Origin: Bacteroidales bacterium | GTDB lineage: Bacteria; Bacteroidota; Bacteroidia; Bacteroidales; VadinHA17 | DNA length: 64,000 nt | Direction of reading: 5' to 3' | Assembly (NCBI GenBank): GCA_046329885.1 | Contig: JAXLTU010000011.1 | Location: forward strand, 14,184-78,183 | Shown: piece by piece, positions 48,129 to 57,425 of the stretch | Layout: every line of letters begins with the position of its first letter | Position numbering within the stretch: the stretch's first letter is position 1 | Translations under genes and position numbers: made by a program | The notes under the pieces: generated by a model | Told to the model about the DNA's origin: nothing | Seen by the model: only the letters and a program-made list of their open reading frames with translations | Database searches by the model: none

Positions 48129-50522
48129 ATGAAAGCACTCAGGATCATTCTTTACAGTTTCACGGCACTGGTCGTGGTGGTATTAATAGCCGGCATGATC
48201 TTTATAAGCGGTATTAAGCAAAGTGGTAAGCCAAAGTACAAGGGCGAGCTAGTACTCGAGGGACTAAATGGCGATGTGACCGTGTACCGCGACGAGAGGG
48301 GTATGCCTCATATCTATGCTAAAGACGAGCACGATCTTTATTACGCTGTCGGTTACGTTATGGCACAGGAACGGCTCTGGCAAATGGATCTCATAAGAAG
48401 AGCTACCACTGGCAGATTATCTGAAATTTTCGGCGGCGAATATGTCAATACTGACCTTTTCCTGAGAAGCCTCGACATGACCGGTAAGTCGAGAAGGGTG
48501 CTTGAAAAGGCTGATCCTGAAATTGTTAAATGCATGCAGGCTTATACCGATGGTGTGAATTATTACATCGCGAAAGCCGGTAAAAAGCTTTCTCCCGAGT
48601 TCCGGATACTGGCTTACCGCCCCGATCCATGGAAACTTGAAGATCTTGCCAATATTATTGGCTACATGGGATGGGACCTGGCTTCGGATAATTTATCATC
48701 GGACATCAATTATTACAGGATAGCCAGGAAGCTGGGACCTGAAATTGCAGCAAAACTGATACCTGATTTCAAAGCTGTAAAAGATTACGTATTCCCTGGC
48801 TTCACGCTCGATGAAGCGGCATTAAAATCCGCCTCGGAATTTGTTAAAAACATGGACAAGTTGCAGGCACTCGGGCTGAGCACTTTCTCGGGAAGCAATA
48901 ACTGGGCAGTAGCTGGTAGCAGGACCTGGACTGGTAAGCCGGTGCTGTCGAACGATATGCACCTGAGCCTGGCCTCACCGGGTATCTGGATACAGATGCA
49001 CCAGGTAGTGCCAGGTAGCCTCAATGTAACAGGTGTGATAGTCCCTGGCCAGCCGTTCGTCGTGGCCGGTCATAACGAGAAAATAGCATGGGGCATGACC
49101 AACCTGATGGTGGATGATATTGACCTTTTTGCTGAAAAAATAAACCCTGAAGACTCCACTCAATACTGGTTTAATGGTGAATGGAAAAAAATGAGGGTGA
49201 AGGAAGAGATCATCCGGATTAAAGGAGGTGAAGAAAGGAAAATGTACCTCCGCTTTACACACAGGGGACCAGTTGTTTCAGGGTTCAGGAATGTCAAAGA
49301 TGCTGTATTGACAATGAGATGGTCGGGTTATGATTACAGTGATGAAATAAGGTCGGTCTACCTCCTGAACAGGGCTTCTGACTGGGCTGATTTCAGATCC
49401 GCGATCAGCTCTTTCAGCGCTATTAGTCAGAATTTCGTGTATGCAGATGTAGATGGCAATATAGGACTTAATACAGGTGGTGGAATAGCCATCAGGAAAG
49501 GCAACGGTACCCTGATCAGATCGGGCGAAACCGATGAATACGACTGGAAGGGCTATGTCCCTTTCGAACAATTGCCTTCGAGTTTTAATCCTGATACAGG
49601 TTACGTGTCATCTGCAAATAACAGGACTGTCGGAGATGATTACCCTTATTATATCAGTTCGGAGTTCGCGATGCCTTACAGGATAATGAGGATAAGGCAG
49701 ATGATGTCGGAAAAGAAGGTATTTGATCTCGCCGATTTCAGGAGAATGATTACAGATCAGCATTCAGCTTATGCTGCCTTGCTTACCCCAAGGATAATTG
49801 AGGCCTGCAAGGATAAACAGGATATGGACCCGTCAGAAAGGTTTGCCTTGAGCCAGTTGAGCAAGTGGGACTATGACATGGACATGGATAAGGCTGCACC
49901 GGCGGTATTCGAGTTGTTCAGGCCGGCCCTGGCAAGAAACCTGCTTTCTGATGATCTGGGCGACCTGTGGGGCGAACTGAACGGGACAGGAAGGGAATAT
50001 TTTATTTACAGGCTGCTGATGGGAGAGGAGAGTGACCTGGTTGACGACTGCAAAACTGAAAAGAAGGAAAATCTTGGTGATATTATTTCAAAGAGCTTCC
50101 GCGATTGCGTATCTGAGTTATCATCAAGTCTGGGTGCGGATACGCTCGCATGGAAGTGGGGCGATATGCACAAGATATCGCTCGACCATCCACTTGGTAG
50201 CGTGAAGACTCTTGATAAGGTTTTTGGTTTCAACTCCAAAAAGTACAGGATTGGTGGCAGCAATCATACCGTTTCTCCATATTCTTACGGTGCCGGCTTC
50301 AAGGTCAATCACGGCGCTTCAGAACGTCATATTTTTAATACAGCAGATTGGGATGAATCATTAACAGTGATACCCACGGGGAACTCGGGAGTCATATCCA
50401 GCGAATTTTACCTTTCTCAAACGGAAACCTATCTCAAAAAAGAGTTTTACAAAGATCATTTCTCCGAGAAAGCTGTCACTGATAATGCAAAATACAAGCT
50501 GGTGTTAAAAGCGGCGAAATGA
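48129..50522 (+). CDS. penicillin acylase family (Ntn-hydrolase) protein, possibly an acyl-homoserine-lactone or other amide acylase
   Basis: 797 aa with a signal anchor. The self-processing/nucleophile site is FSGSNNWAV. The substrate cannot be inferred. Confidence 0.85.
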   Translation: MKALRIILYSFTALVVVVLIAGMIFISGIKQSGKPKYKGELVLEGLNGDVTVYRDERGMPHIYAKDEHDLYYAVGYVMAQERLWQMDLIRRATTGRLSEIFGGEYVNTDLFLRSLDMTGKSRRVLEKADPEIVKCMQAYTDGVNYYIAKAGKKLSPEFRILAYRPDPWKLEDLANIIGYMGWDLASDNLSSDINYYRIARKLGPEIAAKLIPDFKAVKDYVFPGFTLDEAALKSASEFVKNMDKLQALGLSTFSGSNNWAVAGSRTWTGKPVLSNDMHLSLASPGIWIQMHQVVPGSLNVTGVIVPGQPFVVAGHNEKIAWGMTNLMVDDIDLFAEKINPEDSTQYWFNGEWKKMRVKEEIIRIKGGEERKMYLRFTHRGPVVSGFRNVKDAVLTMRWSGYDYSDEIRSVYLLNRASDWADFRSAISSFSAISQNFVYADVDGNIGLNTGGGIAIRKGNGTLIRSGETDEYDWKGYVPFEQLPSSFNPDTGYVSSANNRTVGDDYPYYISSEFAMPYRIMRIRQMMSEKKVFDLADFRRMITDQHSAYAALLTPRIIEACKDKQDMDPSERFALSQLSKWDYDMDMDKAAPAVFELFRPALARNLLSDDLGDLWGELNGTGREYFIYRLLMGEESDLVDDCKTEKKENLGDIISKSFRDCVSELSSSLGADTLAWKWGDMHKISLDHPLGSVKTLDKVFGFNSKKYRIGGSNHTVSPYSYGAGFKVNHGASERHIFNTADWDESLTVIPTGNSGVISSEFYLSQTETYLKKEFYKDHFSEKAVTDNAKYKLVLKAAK

Positions 50523-50598
50523 TGGTTAATGATTTACCGGGGAACCAGATCCCTTGGTTATATAAATATTGATAACTGGATTCCGCTATTTGAAGAAT

Positions 50599-50629
50599 AA
50601 AAAAAGGTGCCACTCGACGGCACCTTTTT
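50599..50629. terminator. bidirectional intrinsic terminator between the acylase gene (+) and frr (-)
   Basis: AAAAAAA-AGGTGCC-ACTCGAC-GGCACCT-TTTT. The stem is a perfect 7 bp, flanked by an A-run and a T-run. Confidence 0.7.
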
Positions 50630-50645
50630 CATTTGTTAAGTCTGA

Positions 50646-51209
50646 CTAAACAGTCATAATATCTTTTTCCTTTGCAGCCATTACCTTGTCAACTTTCGCG
50701 GAGAAATCGCCGGTCATTTCCTGTACTTCATCAACGGAATTTTTCTCGAGGTCCTCTGGAAGACCCTCTTTCAACAATCTCTTGAGTTCATCATTTGCCC
50801 ACTTGCGAGCTGAACGGATGCTTATCTTTGCCGTTTCACCCTCGTTTCTTACCTGCTTAACAAGCTGATGTCTCCTTTCTTCGGTTAATGGTGGTATGTT
50901 GATCCTGATAACTTCGCCGTTATTAATTGGAGTGAGGCCAATATTAGCGGCAAGAATGGCTTTTTCAATAGTGCCAAGCATCGTTTTTTCCCATGGCTGT
51001 ATGAGGATTGATTTAGCATCAGGTGTGTTGATGTTAGATACCTGTGAAAGGGGTGAATTGACGCCATAATAATCGACCGTGATGCCATCGAGAAGGGCGG
51101 GAGTGGCTCTGCCAGCCCTTAACCTTGCAAGTTCGTGCTCGAGATGTTCCAGGGCTTTTTCCATCCTTTCCCTGGTTTCTTCTATAATGAGTTCAAGTTC
51201 TTCGTTCAT
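50646..51209 (-). CDS. frr: ribosome recycling factor
   Basis: 187 aa, matching RRF across the protein, e.g. LERMEKALEHLEHELARLRAGRATPALLDGITVDYYG. Confidence 0.95.
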   Translation of the reverse strand: MNEELELIIEETRERMEKALEHLEHELARLRAGRATPALLDGITVDYYGVNSPLSQVSNINTPDAKSILIQPWEKTMLGTIEKAILAANIGLTPINNGEVIRINIPPLTEERRHQLVKQVRNEGETAKISIRSARKWANDELKRLLKEGLPEDLEKNSVDEVQEMTGDFSAKVDKVMAAKEKDIMTV

Positions 51210-51272
51210 TGTATCCTGTTGTGGTGGTTTGTATTAACAAAAATAGTAAAATAGGTTAAAATCCAATCCCTG

Positions 51273-51977
51273 TCAGCTTATTAATGATCCTGTCCTGTTT
51301 CCCATAACTTCTTTCATCAGGTTGCCTCTGGTATTCATGTCGAAGACAATTATTGGCATGTTATTGTCGCGGCACATGGTGAAGGCAGTCGAATCCATTA
51401 CCTTAAGTCTCTTTTCAATCACCTCGGAAAATGATACTTCGGTGAATTTTATTGCTGTCTTATCCTTTTCAGGGTCAGCGGTATACACGCCATCAACTCT
51501 TGTCCCCTTGAACAGGACCTGGGCTGAAATCTCGACCGCTCTGAGTGCAGCAGCGGTATCTGTTGTGAAAAAGGGATTACCTGTTCCTCCCGATAAAATG
51601 CACACGGTTTTTGATTTCATTGCCTCAACAACCCTGTCGCGGTTATATAGTTCACCAACTGGTTCCATCCTAATTGAAGTGAAAACGCGCGCGTTGCCAC
51701 CCTGGGCCTTGATCTCGCTCTCGAGTGCCAGGCTGTTAATTACTGTCGCGAGCATTCCCATCTGGTCTCCCTTGACCCTGTCAAAACCCGATTCTGTCCC
51801 GCTCAAACCTCTGAAAATATTACCTCCGCCAATAACAACAGCAACCTCGCACCCTTTGTTGACAGCTTCTATTATCTGACTTACATATTCCTCCAGGATT
51901 TTCTTGGAAATGCCGTGTGATCCGTCACCCATCAGAGCTTCACCGCTCAACTTTAACAGAATTCTTGAATATTTCAT
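51273..51977 (-). CDS. pyrH: UMP kinase
   Basis: MKYSRILLKLSGEAL... and VVIGGGNIFRG. The start is taken at the ATG at 51977. The upstream in-frame extension to 52115 would run through a terminator hairpin. Confidence 0.9.
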   Translation of the reverse strand: MKYSRILLKLSGEALMGDGSHGISKKILEEYVSQIIEAVNKGCEVAVVIGGGNIFRGLSGTESGFDRVKGDQMGMLATVINSLALESEIKAQGGNARVFTSIRMEPVGELYNRDRVVEAMKSKTVCILSGGTGNPFFTTDTAAALRAVEISAQVLFKGTRVDGVYTADPEKDKTAIKFTEVSFSEVIEKRLKVMDSTAFTMCRDNNMPIIVFDMNTRGNLMKEVMGNRTGSLIS

Positions 51978-52065
51978 TTTGGCAATATTGAATGTCATGA
52001 CTATTTCTCCCGCCCGGGAGTTGAACAACGAAAATACAAAAAGAGACTCAATAAGGTGGCACAAA

Positions 52066-52109
52066 TAATAAAAATCCCGGTCTGGCTCGATTAACAAGCT
52101 GACCGGGAT
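52066..52109 (-). terminator. intrinsic terminator downstream of the DUF2892 gene
   Basis: The minus strand has ATCCCGGTC...GACCGGGAT (perfect 9-bp stem, 18-nt loop), followed by TTTTTATTATTT. Confidence 0.5.
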
Positions 52110-52129
52110 AGACAAAAAATGTTCTTTTA

Positions 52130-52336
52130 CTACTCTTTCCCCTTGTTGGTCCTTATCTTGAAAGGAAGGTACAGTGGGCAGAAGCTAACGAGACTCGTTA
52201 GTATAAACACTATGCCTAAGACGAGTAACACGATACCGGCAACACCAGTTACTGTTTTAGTGGCGAATAATAAAATCAGGACCACGGCAACTACCAGCCT
52301 CACGATCCTGTCCGTTAAACCCATGTTCTTTTTCAT
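52130..52336 (-). CDS. DUF2892 (YgaP-like) small membrane protein
   Basis: 68 aa with two TM helices, GLTDRIVRLVVAVVL and LVSFCPLY. Confidence 0.7.
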   Translation of the reverse strand: MKKNMGLTDRIVRLVVAVVLILLFATKTVTGVAGIVLLVLGIVFILTSLVSFCPLYLPFKIRTNKGKE

Positions 52337-52417
52337 ACTTTCTGTTTAATATTTTGATTTTAATTCATAAACAGATTTCCGGTGGAAATGTTCAACGGGT
52401 TATGCTTGTAAACCGGT

Positions 52418-52444
52418 AAAAAAAAGAGGCTGCATTCGCGGCCT
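52418..52444 (-). terminator. intrinsic terminator downstream of tsf
   Basis: The minus strand has AGGCCGC-GAAT-GCAGCCT (7-bp stem with one mismatch), followed by T8. Confidence 0.65.
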
Positions 52445-52480
52445 ACTTTTCTTTTGCGGTCTGTTCCCGCAAGGTATTTT

Positions 52481-53311
52481 CTAGAGATTTAAAGTGAATC
52501 TCTTGAATTCAGTCACTTTGAGATCTTTATCTACTCCCTGGAGATACTGTCTGATAGTCATTTTGTTATCCTTGACATAATCCTGGTTAAGGAGGGTGCT
52601 TTCCTTGAAGAATTTCGAAAGTTTTCCCTGGGCGATCTTCTCGAGCATTTCTTCAGGTTTACCTTCGCGGCGTGCCTGTTCCTTGCCAATCTCGATCTCC
52701 TGAGCTATGGTCTCGGGTTTTACATCTTCTTTATCAACAGCAACAGGGTTCATGGCAGCAATCTGCATTGCTATGTCCTTGTAAACCTGCGTGTCAATAC
52801 CTGCTTTTGTGAAACCAACGAGGGTAGCAAGCCTGTTACCCGGGTGGATGTAAGCCTGTACATGGGTAGCTTCAATCTTCTCGTAATAAGAAAGATCTAT
52901 CTTCTCGCCTATGATCCCGATATATTCCATGACCTTGTCTGAAATCTTTGTGCCATCGAGGTTGAGAGCTTTCAGTGCATCAAGGTTAGCGGGTTTATTT
53001 GCGAGGGCGATGTTGAGAATATTGTTTGCCAGAGCCTGGAATTCAGCATTCTTGGCAACGAAATCAGTTTCACTGTTAAGAACGATCATCGCGCCAAATT
53101 TCCCGGTCGGGTCTACTTTTGAAAGAACTACACCGTCGCCAGCTTCCCTGTCTGCACGCTTGTTAGCGACAGCCTGACCTTTTTTACGAATTATCTCGAT
53201 TGCTTTTTCGAAGTTGCCATCAGCTTCTTCAAGGGCTTTCTTGCAGTCCATCATGCCTGCAAGGGTGATCCTTCTGAGTTTTGCAACATCTGCAGCGCTT
53301 ATTGTAGCCAT
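52481..53311 (-). CDS. tsf: translation elongation factor Ts
   Basis: Starts MATISAADVAKLRRITLAGMMDCKKALEEADGNFEKAIE. 276 aa. Confidence 0.95.
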   Translation of the reverse strand: MATISAADVAKLRRITLAGMMDCKKALEEADGNFEKAIEIIRKKGQAVANKRADREAGDGVVLSKVDPTGKFGAMIVLNSETDFVAKNAEFQALANNILNIALANKPANLDALKALNLDGTKISDKVMEYIGIIGEKIDLSYYEKIEATHVQAYIHPGNRLATLVGFTKAGIDTQVYKDIAMQIAAMNPVAVDKEDVKPETIAQEIEIGKEQARREGKPEEMLEKIAQGKLSKFFKESTLLNQDYVKDNKMTIRQYLQGVDKDLKVTEFKRFTLNL

Positions 53312-53339
53312 AAAATGTATATTACCTGATTAATAAAAA

Positions 53340-54224
53340 TTATTTCTCCTCTTCTTCTTCAACGTCTTCGTTGTCATCTGCAACGACGTCTTCATCATCG
53401 AGTTCTTCCTCTTCCTCTTCAACCTCTTCTTCCTCGTCTACTATAGCAGCAATTAACGATGAAGGCAGGTCTTCCGTTTCGAGTTCCTTACGCATCGATT
53501 TCTTATCCTTCTGAACCGGCTCCTTGTCTTTCTCAAGTTTCCTTTCATTAAGACCTTCCTCGATAGCCTTGCAAAGGATATCAACTATAAGAGAAATTGA
53601 CTTTGAAGCATCATCGTTGGCTGGTATTACGAAATCGATGTCTGAAGGATCGGAGTTTGTGTCGACCATCGCGAACACCGGTATGCCAAGCCTTTTTGCT
53701 TCTCTTACGGCGATATGTTCCTTGCTCACGTCAACAACGAACAGTGCGGATGGGAGCCTTGTGAGATCAGCAATACTGCCGAGGGTTTTCTCGAGTTTTG
53801 CCCTCTGCCTGGTGATCTGGAGTTTTTCACGCTTTGAAAGGTTGTCGAAAGTACCGTCAGTAGCCATTTTGTCGATTGACGACATTTTCTTAACGGCTTT
53901 CCTTATAGTCGGGAAGTTGGTAAGCATACCACCCGGCCATCTTTCTGTAACGTAGGGCATGTTAACCTGCTTAACTCTCTCGGCAACAATTTCCTTCGCC
54001 TGTTTCTTGGTGGCGACGAAAAGTATTTTCTTACCCGATTTGGCTATATGCTTCACAGCAGAAGCTGCTTCTTCTATTCTTGCAGCTGTCTTTTCAAGGT
54101 CAATTATATGAATGCCGTTACGCTCCATGAAAATATACTGGGCCATAGCGGGATTCCATTTCCTTCTCAGGTGACCAAAGTGCACACCTGCTTCTAATAA
54201 CTCGTCAAAATTTGTTCTTGGCAT
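53340..54224 (-). CDS. rpsB: 30S ribosomal protein S2 with acidic C-terminal extension
   Basis: GVHFGHLRRKWNPAMAQYIF... is the S2 core. The last roughly 45 aa are almost all E/D. Confidence 0.95.
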   Translation of the reverse strand: MPRTNFDELLEAGVHFGHLRRKWNPAMAQYIFMERNGIHIIDLEKTAARIEEAASAVKHIAKSGKKILFVATKKQAKEIVAERVKQVNMPYVTERWPGGMLTNFPTIRKAVKKMSSIDKMATDGTFDNLSKREKLQITRQRAKLEKTLGSIADLTRLPSALFVVDVSKEHIAVREAKRLGIPVFAMVDTNSDPSDIDFVIPANDDASKSISLIVDILCKAIEEGLNERKLEKDKEPVQKDKKSMRKELETEDLPSSLIAAIVDEEEEVEEEEEELDDEDVVADDNEDVEEEEEK

Positions 54225-54337
54225 TTTATGAAAATTAAGTTTACATTCTTTAAAATCAATTGCAGAGTAGTCCCGAAATCGGAAGTCAATGCAATTTAGA
54301 TACTAAACCCGGTTCCGTTAACCGATAGAGTCTGAAC

Positions 54338-54724
54338 CTATCGTTTACTGAACTGGAACCTCCTGCGTGCCTTCGGCCTACCTGGCTTTTTCCTTTCAAC
54401 CTCGCGTGGGTCGCGGGTGAGGAAACCCTGAGCCTTGAGAGCAGGTTTGTATTCTGCATCAAGCTTGATAAGAGCTCTTGAAATACCCAGCCTGAGTGCT
54501 TCTGCCTGTCCTTTTGCACCACCGCCATCAAGATTCGCATTGATATCAAACCTGTCGGCTAGATTGAGGACGTTAAGTGGCTGAAGTACAACATACTGCA
54601 GTATCTCGTTACCAAAATATTCTTTATAATCGCGGTCGTTAACAGTAATGTTGCCTTTACCCTCGCTCATGTGCACCCTGGCAACGGCTGCTTTCCTTCT
54701 ACCTATAGCGTTGATCAGTTCCAT
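54338..54724 (-). CDS. rpsI: 30S ribosomal protein S9
   Basis: 128 aa ending GRPKARRRFQFSKR. Confidence 0.95.
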   Translation of the reverse strand: MELINAIGRRKAAVARVHMSEGKGNITVNDRDYKEYFGNEILQYVVLQPLNVLNLADRFDINANLDGGGAKGQAEALRLGISRALIKLDAEYKPALKAQGFLTRDPREVERKKPGRPKARRRFQFSKR

Positions 54725-54735
54725 GTATTATTTCG

Positions 54736-55182
54736 TTATTTTATTTCTACTTTCCTGGGTTTCTGAGCCTCGTGCGGATGACTGCTGCCAGTGTAAATAT
54801 GCATGTTCTTGAAGATAGCCCTTCCAAGCCTGTTCTTCGGAAGCATACCCCTTACTGCAATCTCGATCGGAGCTATCGGGTTTTTCTTTATCATCTCCTC
54901 GGCCGTGGTGAACCTCTGGCCACCCGGATAACCCGTGTGCCTTACATATTCCTTGTCAGACCATTTGTTGCCAGTAAGGTCTACCTTCTCGGCATTCACT
55001 ATGATAACATTATCACCACAATCAACATGCGGCGTGTAGCTGGTCTTGTGCTTTCCCCTCAGAATTGTGGCTACTGTCGTTGCCAAACGGCCTAATACCT
55101 GCCCTTCAGCATCTATCAGCACCCACTCCTTATTGACAGTCTCCTTGTTTGCCGATACTGTCTTGTAACTTAAAGTGTTCAC
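54736..55182 (-). CDS. rplM: 50S ribosomal protein L13
   Basis: 148 aa with WVLIDAEGQVLGRLAT. GTG start. Confidence 0.95.
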   Translation of the reverse strand: MNTLSYKTVSANKETVNKEWVLIDAEGQVLGRLATTVATILRGKHKTSYTPHVDCGDNVIIVNAEKVDLTGNKWSDKEYVRHTGYPGGQRFTTAEEMIKKNPIAPIEIAVRGMLPKNRLGRAIFKNMHIYTGSSHPHEAQKPRKVEIK

Positions 55183-55245
55183 TTATATTAAGTTTTTAAT
55201 TGATATACAAATATATAAATCAAATACCCCTTATTTTGGGGACTG

Positions 55246-55253
55246 CAAAAATA
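55246..55253 (-). promoter_or_regulatory. Bacteroidetes-type -7 promoter box upstream of rplM
   Basis: The minus strand reads TATTTTTG (TAnnTTTG), 64 nt upstream of the rplM start. Confidence 0.35.
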
Positions 55254-55385
55254 CACATATTTTTTAAAAAAACGAATTATGAAGTGAAATTCTTCATGTT
55301 ATATGTCGAGGCTATACTGCCGGCTCTGTCAAATCTTACCCTGTAACGGGCCTGCAAATATATAATCCATTAACTTTATGTTCAA

Positions 55386-56948
55386 ATGTATTTTAATAAG
55401 TCTCAACTCCGATACCTGTTCCTCTTCTCGTTGTCCCTGGCCGGCTTTTCCCTGCCCCTTTCGGAATGGCTGCTGTCTGTATCTCTCATTCTTCTCTTGA
55501 TATCGGCATTCCCCGGAGCTGATCTTAAACAACCCCTCCGGAACAAGGTGATTTCTTCTTTGCTTTATTCCACTACCTTATTATTCATGGTCAGGGTTAT
55601 CTGGATGGTGAATACATCCAATATACATGACGGCCTTGTCGAACTTCGCCTGGGCTTACCTCTTCTTGTAATTCCCTTTGCCCTTGCCGTAAACAAACCT
55701 GTTACACTATCCGAGTTAAAGATATTACTAGCGTCTTTCATTTCAGGTGTACTAATTTCTTCAATTGCCGGGGTTATAATTAATTATGATGAGGTACAAG
55801 CAGGAATGCTTGACAGCAGGGAGCTTTCCTTGTTCGTTTCACATATAAGGCTGGCTCTGATGACCCTTCTGTCTATCCATGCTGCAATATGGCTGATGAA
55901 GAATTCGCACACTCGAACCCTGAAGATCATCTGCTTCACGGTGGCCTCCTGGATGGTAGTGTTCCTGTTCCTTCTCTTTTCCATAACCGGGATTATCCTG
56001 TTACTCTTCACGCTTCCGCTCGTGCCGGGCTATTTATTCCGCGACCTGCTGAAAAGAAGATTAATGTGGGTTACCAGCGCTTTAACTTTCTTTATTTTCT
56101 CCATTCTTGCCCTGCTGATTATTAATGAATACAGGTCGTTCTATAAACCATCAGTTTCATTCAGCCAACCATACGATAGTCTCACAGCCTCGGGCAATCC
56201 CTATGAATTCTTTAACGACAGGGCAGACAGGGAGAACGGGAACCTTGTCTGGATATATATCTGTGAAAAAGAGCTTGAAAAGGAATGGAACAACAGGAGC
56301 AGGCTGGATTACGACAGTCTCGACAAAAAAGGGCAGGAACTGAAATACACTCTTGTAAGGTATCTTGCCTCGACAGGTGAAAGACGCGATTCTGCCGGGG
56401 TTGCCAGGCTTACATCAAGGGACATTGAAGCTATTGAATCGGGAATAGCTAACAGGCTGTTTATTTCCGGGAAATATCTCAAGGCAAAGATTTATTCACT
56501 TATCTGGCAGATTGATTACTACAGGATCGGTGGCAATCCTTCTGGTCATTCAATTACACAAAGGATGTTATTTTACAAAACGGGTTTTGAAATATTCAAA
56601 CAGAATATCCTGTTCGGCACTGGCACGGGTGACGTTAGAGATGCATTCAGGGTTCAATATGAAAAAGATGACTCCAGGCTAAAACCAGGGTTCAGGTTGT
56701 TGTCACATAACCAGTATCTTACATTCCTGATCCAGCATGGACTTGCAGGATTCTTAATAATCTGCATCGCTCTTGTTTATCCCGTTTTGGTTTCCGGCAG
56801 GTGGCGTAGTTATCTGCCTCTTGCTTTTTTTATAATGGTCTTTTTGTCGATGTTGTGGGAGGATACACTCGAGACGCATACGGGAATAACTTTCTTTGCT
56901 TATTTTTACCCGGTTTTTATTTTATGTGAAAGTGAAAAAGAAAAGTGA
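55386..56948 (+). CDS. O-antigen ligase / polymerase (Wzy_C) family membrane protein
   Basis: About 10 or more TM segments, a large soluble loop, and LSHNQYLTFLIQHGLAGFL, which resembles the Wzy_C/RfaL motif. Confidence 0.65.
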   Translation: MYFNKSQLRYLFLFSLSLAGFSLPLSEWLLSVSLILLLISAFPGADLKQPLRNKVISSLLYSTTLLFMVRVIWMVNTSNIHDGLVELRLGLPLLVIPFALAVNKPVTLSELKILLASFISGVLISSIAGVIINYDEVQAGMLDSRELSLFVSHIRLALMTLLSIHAAIWLMKNSHTRTLKIICFTVASWMVVFLFLLFSITGIILLLFTLPLVPGYLFRDLLKRRLMWVTSALTFFIFSILALLIINEYRSFYKPSVSFSQPYDSLTASGNPYEFFNDRADRENGNLVWIYICEKELEKEWNNRSRLDYDSLDKKGQELKYTLVRYLASTGERRDSAGVARLTSRDIEAIESGIANRLFISGKYLKAKIYSLIWQIDYYRIGGNPSGHSITQRMLFYKTGFEIFKQNILFGTGTGDVRDAFRVQYEKDDSRLKPGFRLLSHNQYLTFLIQHGLAGFLIICIALVYPVLVSGRWRSYLPLAFFIMVFLSMLWEDTLETHTGITFFAYFYPVFILCESEKEK

Positions 56949-56967
56949 TATAAAGAAGAGTGATCTC

Positions 56968-57423
56968 ATGTACCTCCAGCGTGCAGTTGATCTTGCGGTA
57001 GAGGGTGTTTCGAAAGGAGGAGGTCCGTTTGGCGCGGTTATCGTGAAGGATGGTAAATTGGTGGCCGAGGCTTTTAACGAGGTGGTTTACACGGGCGATC
57101 CAACAGCTCATGCCGAGGTGCTGGCTATAAGAAAAGCCTGCGAGATACTTGGGTCTCACGAACTTGGAGGATGCGTGTTATATACATCCTGTGAACCCTG
57201 CCCGATGTGCCTGGGAGCGGTCTATTGGTCAGGTATCGACGCGGTTTATTATGCTTCAGACAGGGAAGATGCCGAAAAGGCTGGTTTCGGAGACAATCAT
57301 TTTTACGAGGAATTATACCTGGAACCGGAAAGAAGATCCAAAAAGTTCATACAGGTCAAGGATGTTGACGGATCGGTCGTCTTCGACGAATGGAACAGGT
57401 TTGAAAACAAAGTTCCTTATTGA
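56968..57423 (+). CDS. nucleoside/guanine deaminase (CDA-fold, GuaD/TadA-like)
   Basis: GGPFGAVIV, HAEVLAIRKA and CEPCPMCLGAVYWSGI. ATG at 56968 is preferred to the upstream start, which lies inside the previous gene. Confidence 0.8.
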   Translation: MYLQRAVDLAVEGVSKGGGPFGAVIVKDGKLVAEAFNEVVYTGDPTAHAEVLAIRKACEILGSHELGGCVLYTSCEPCPMCLGAVYWSGIDAVYYASDREDAEKAGFGDNHFYEELYLEPERRSKKFIQVKDVDGSVVFDEWNRFENKVPY

Positions 57424-57425
57424 TA

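Noticed and set aside
51978-52115. N-terminal extension of pyrH (280-aa ORF in the track)
   Set aside because: UMP kinases begin close to the MKYxRILLKLSGE motif. The extension would also include the terminator hairpin of the upstream DUF2892 gene.
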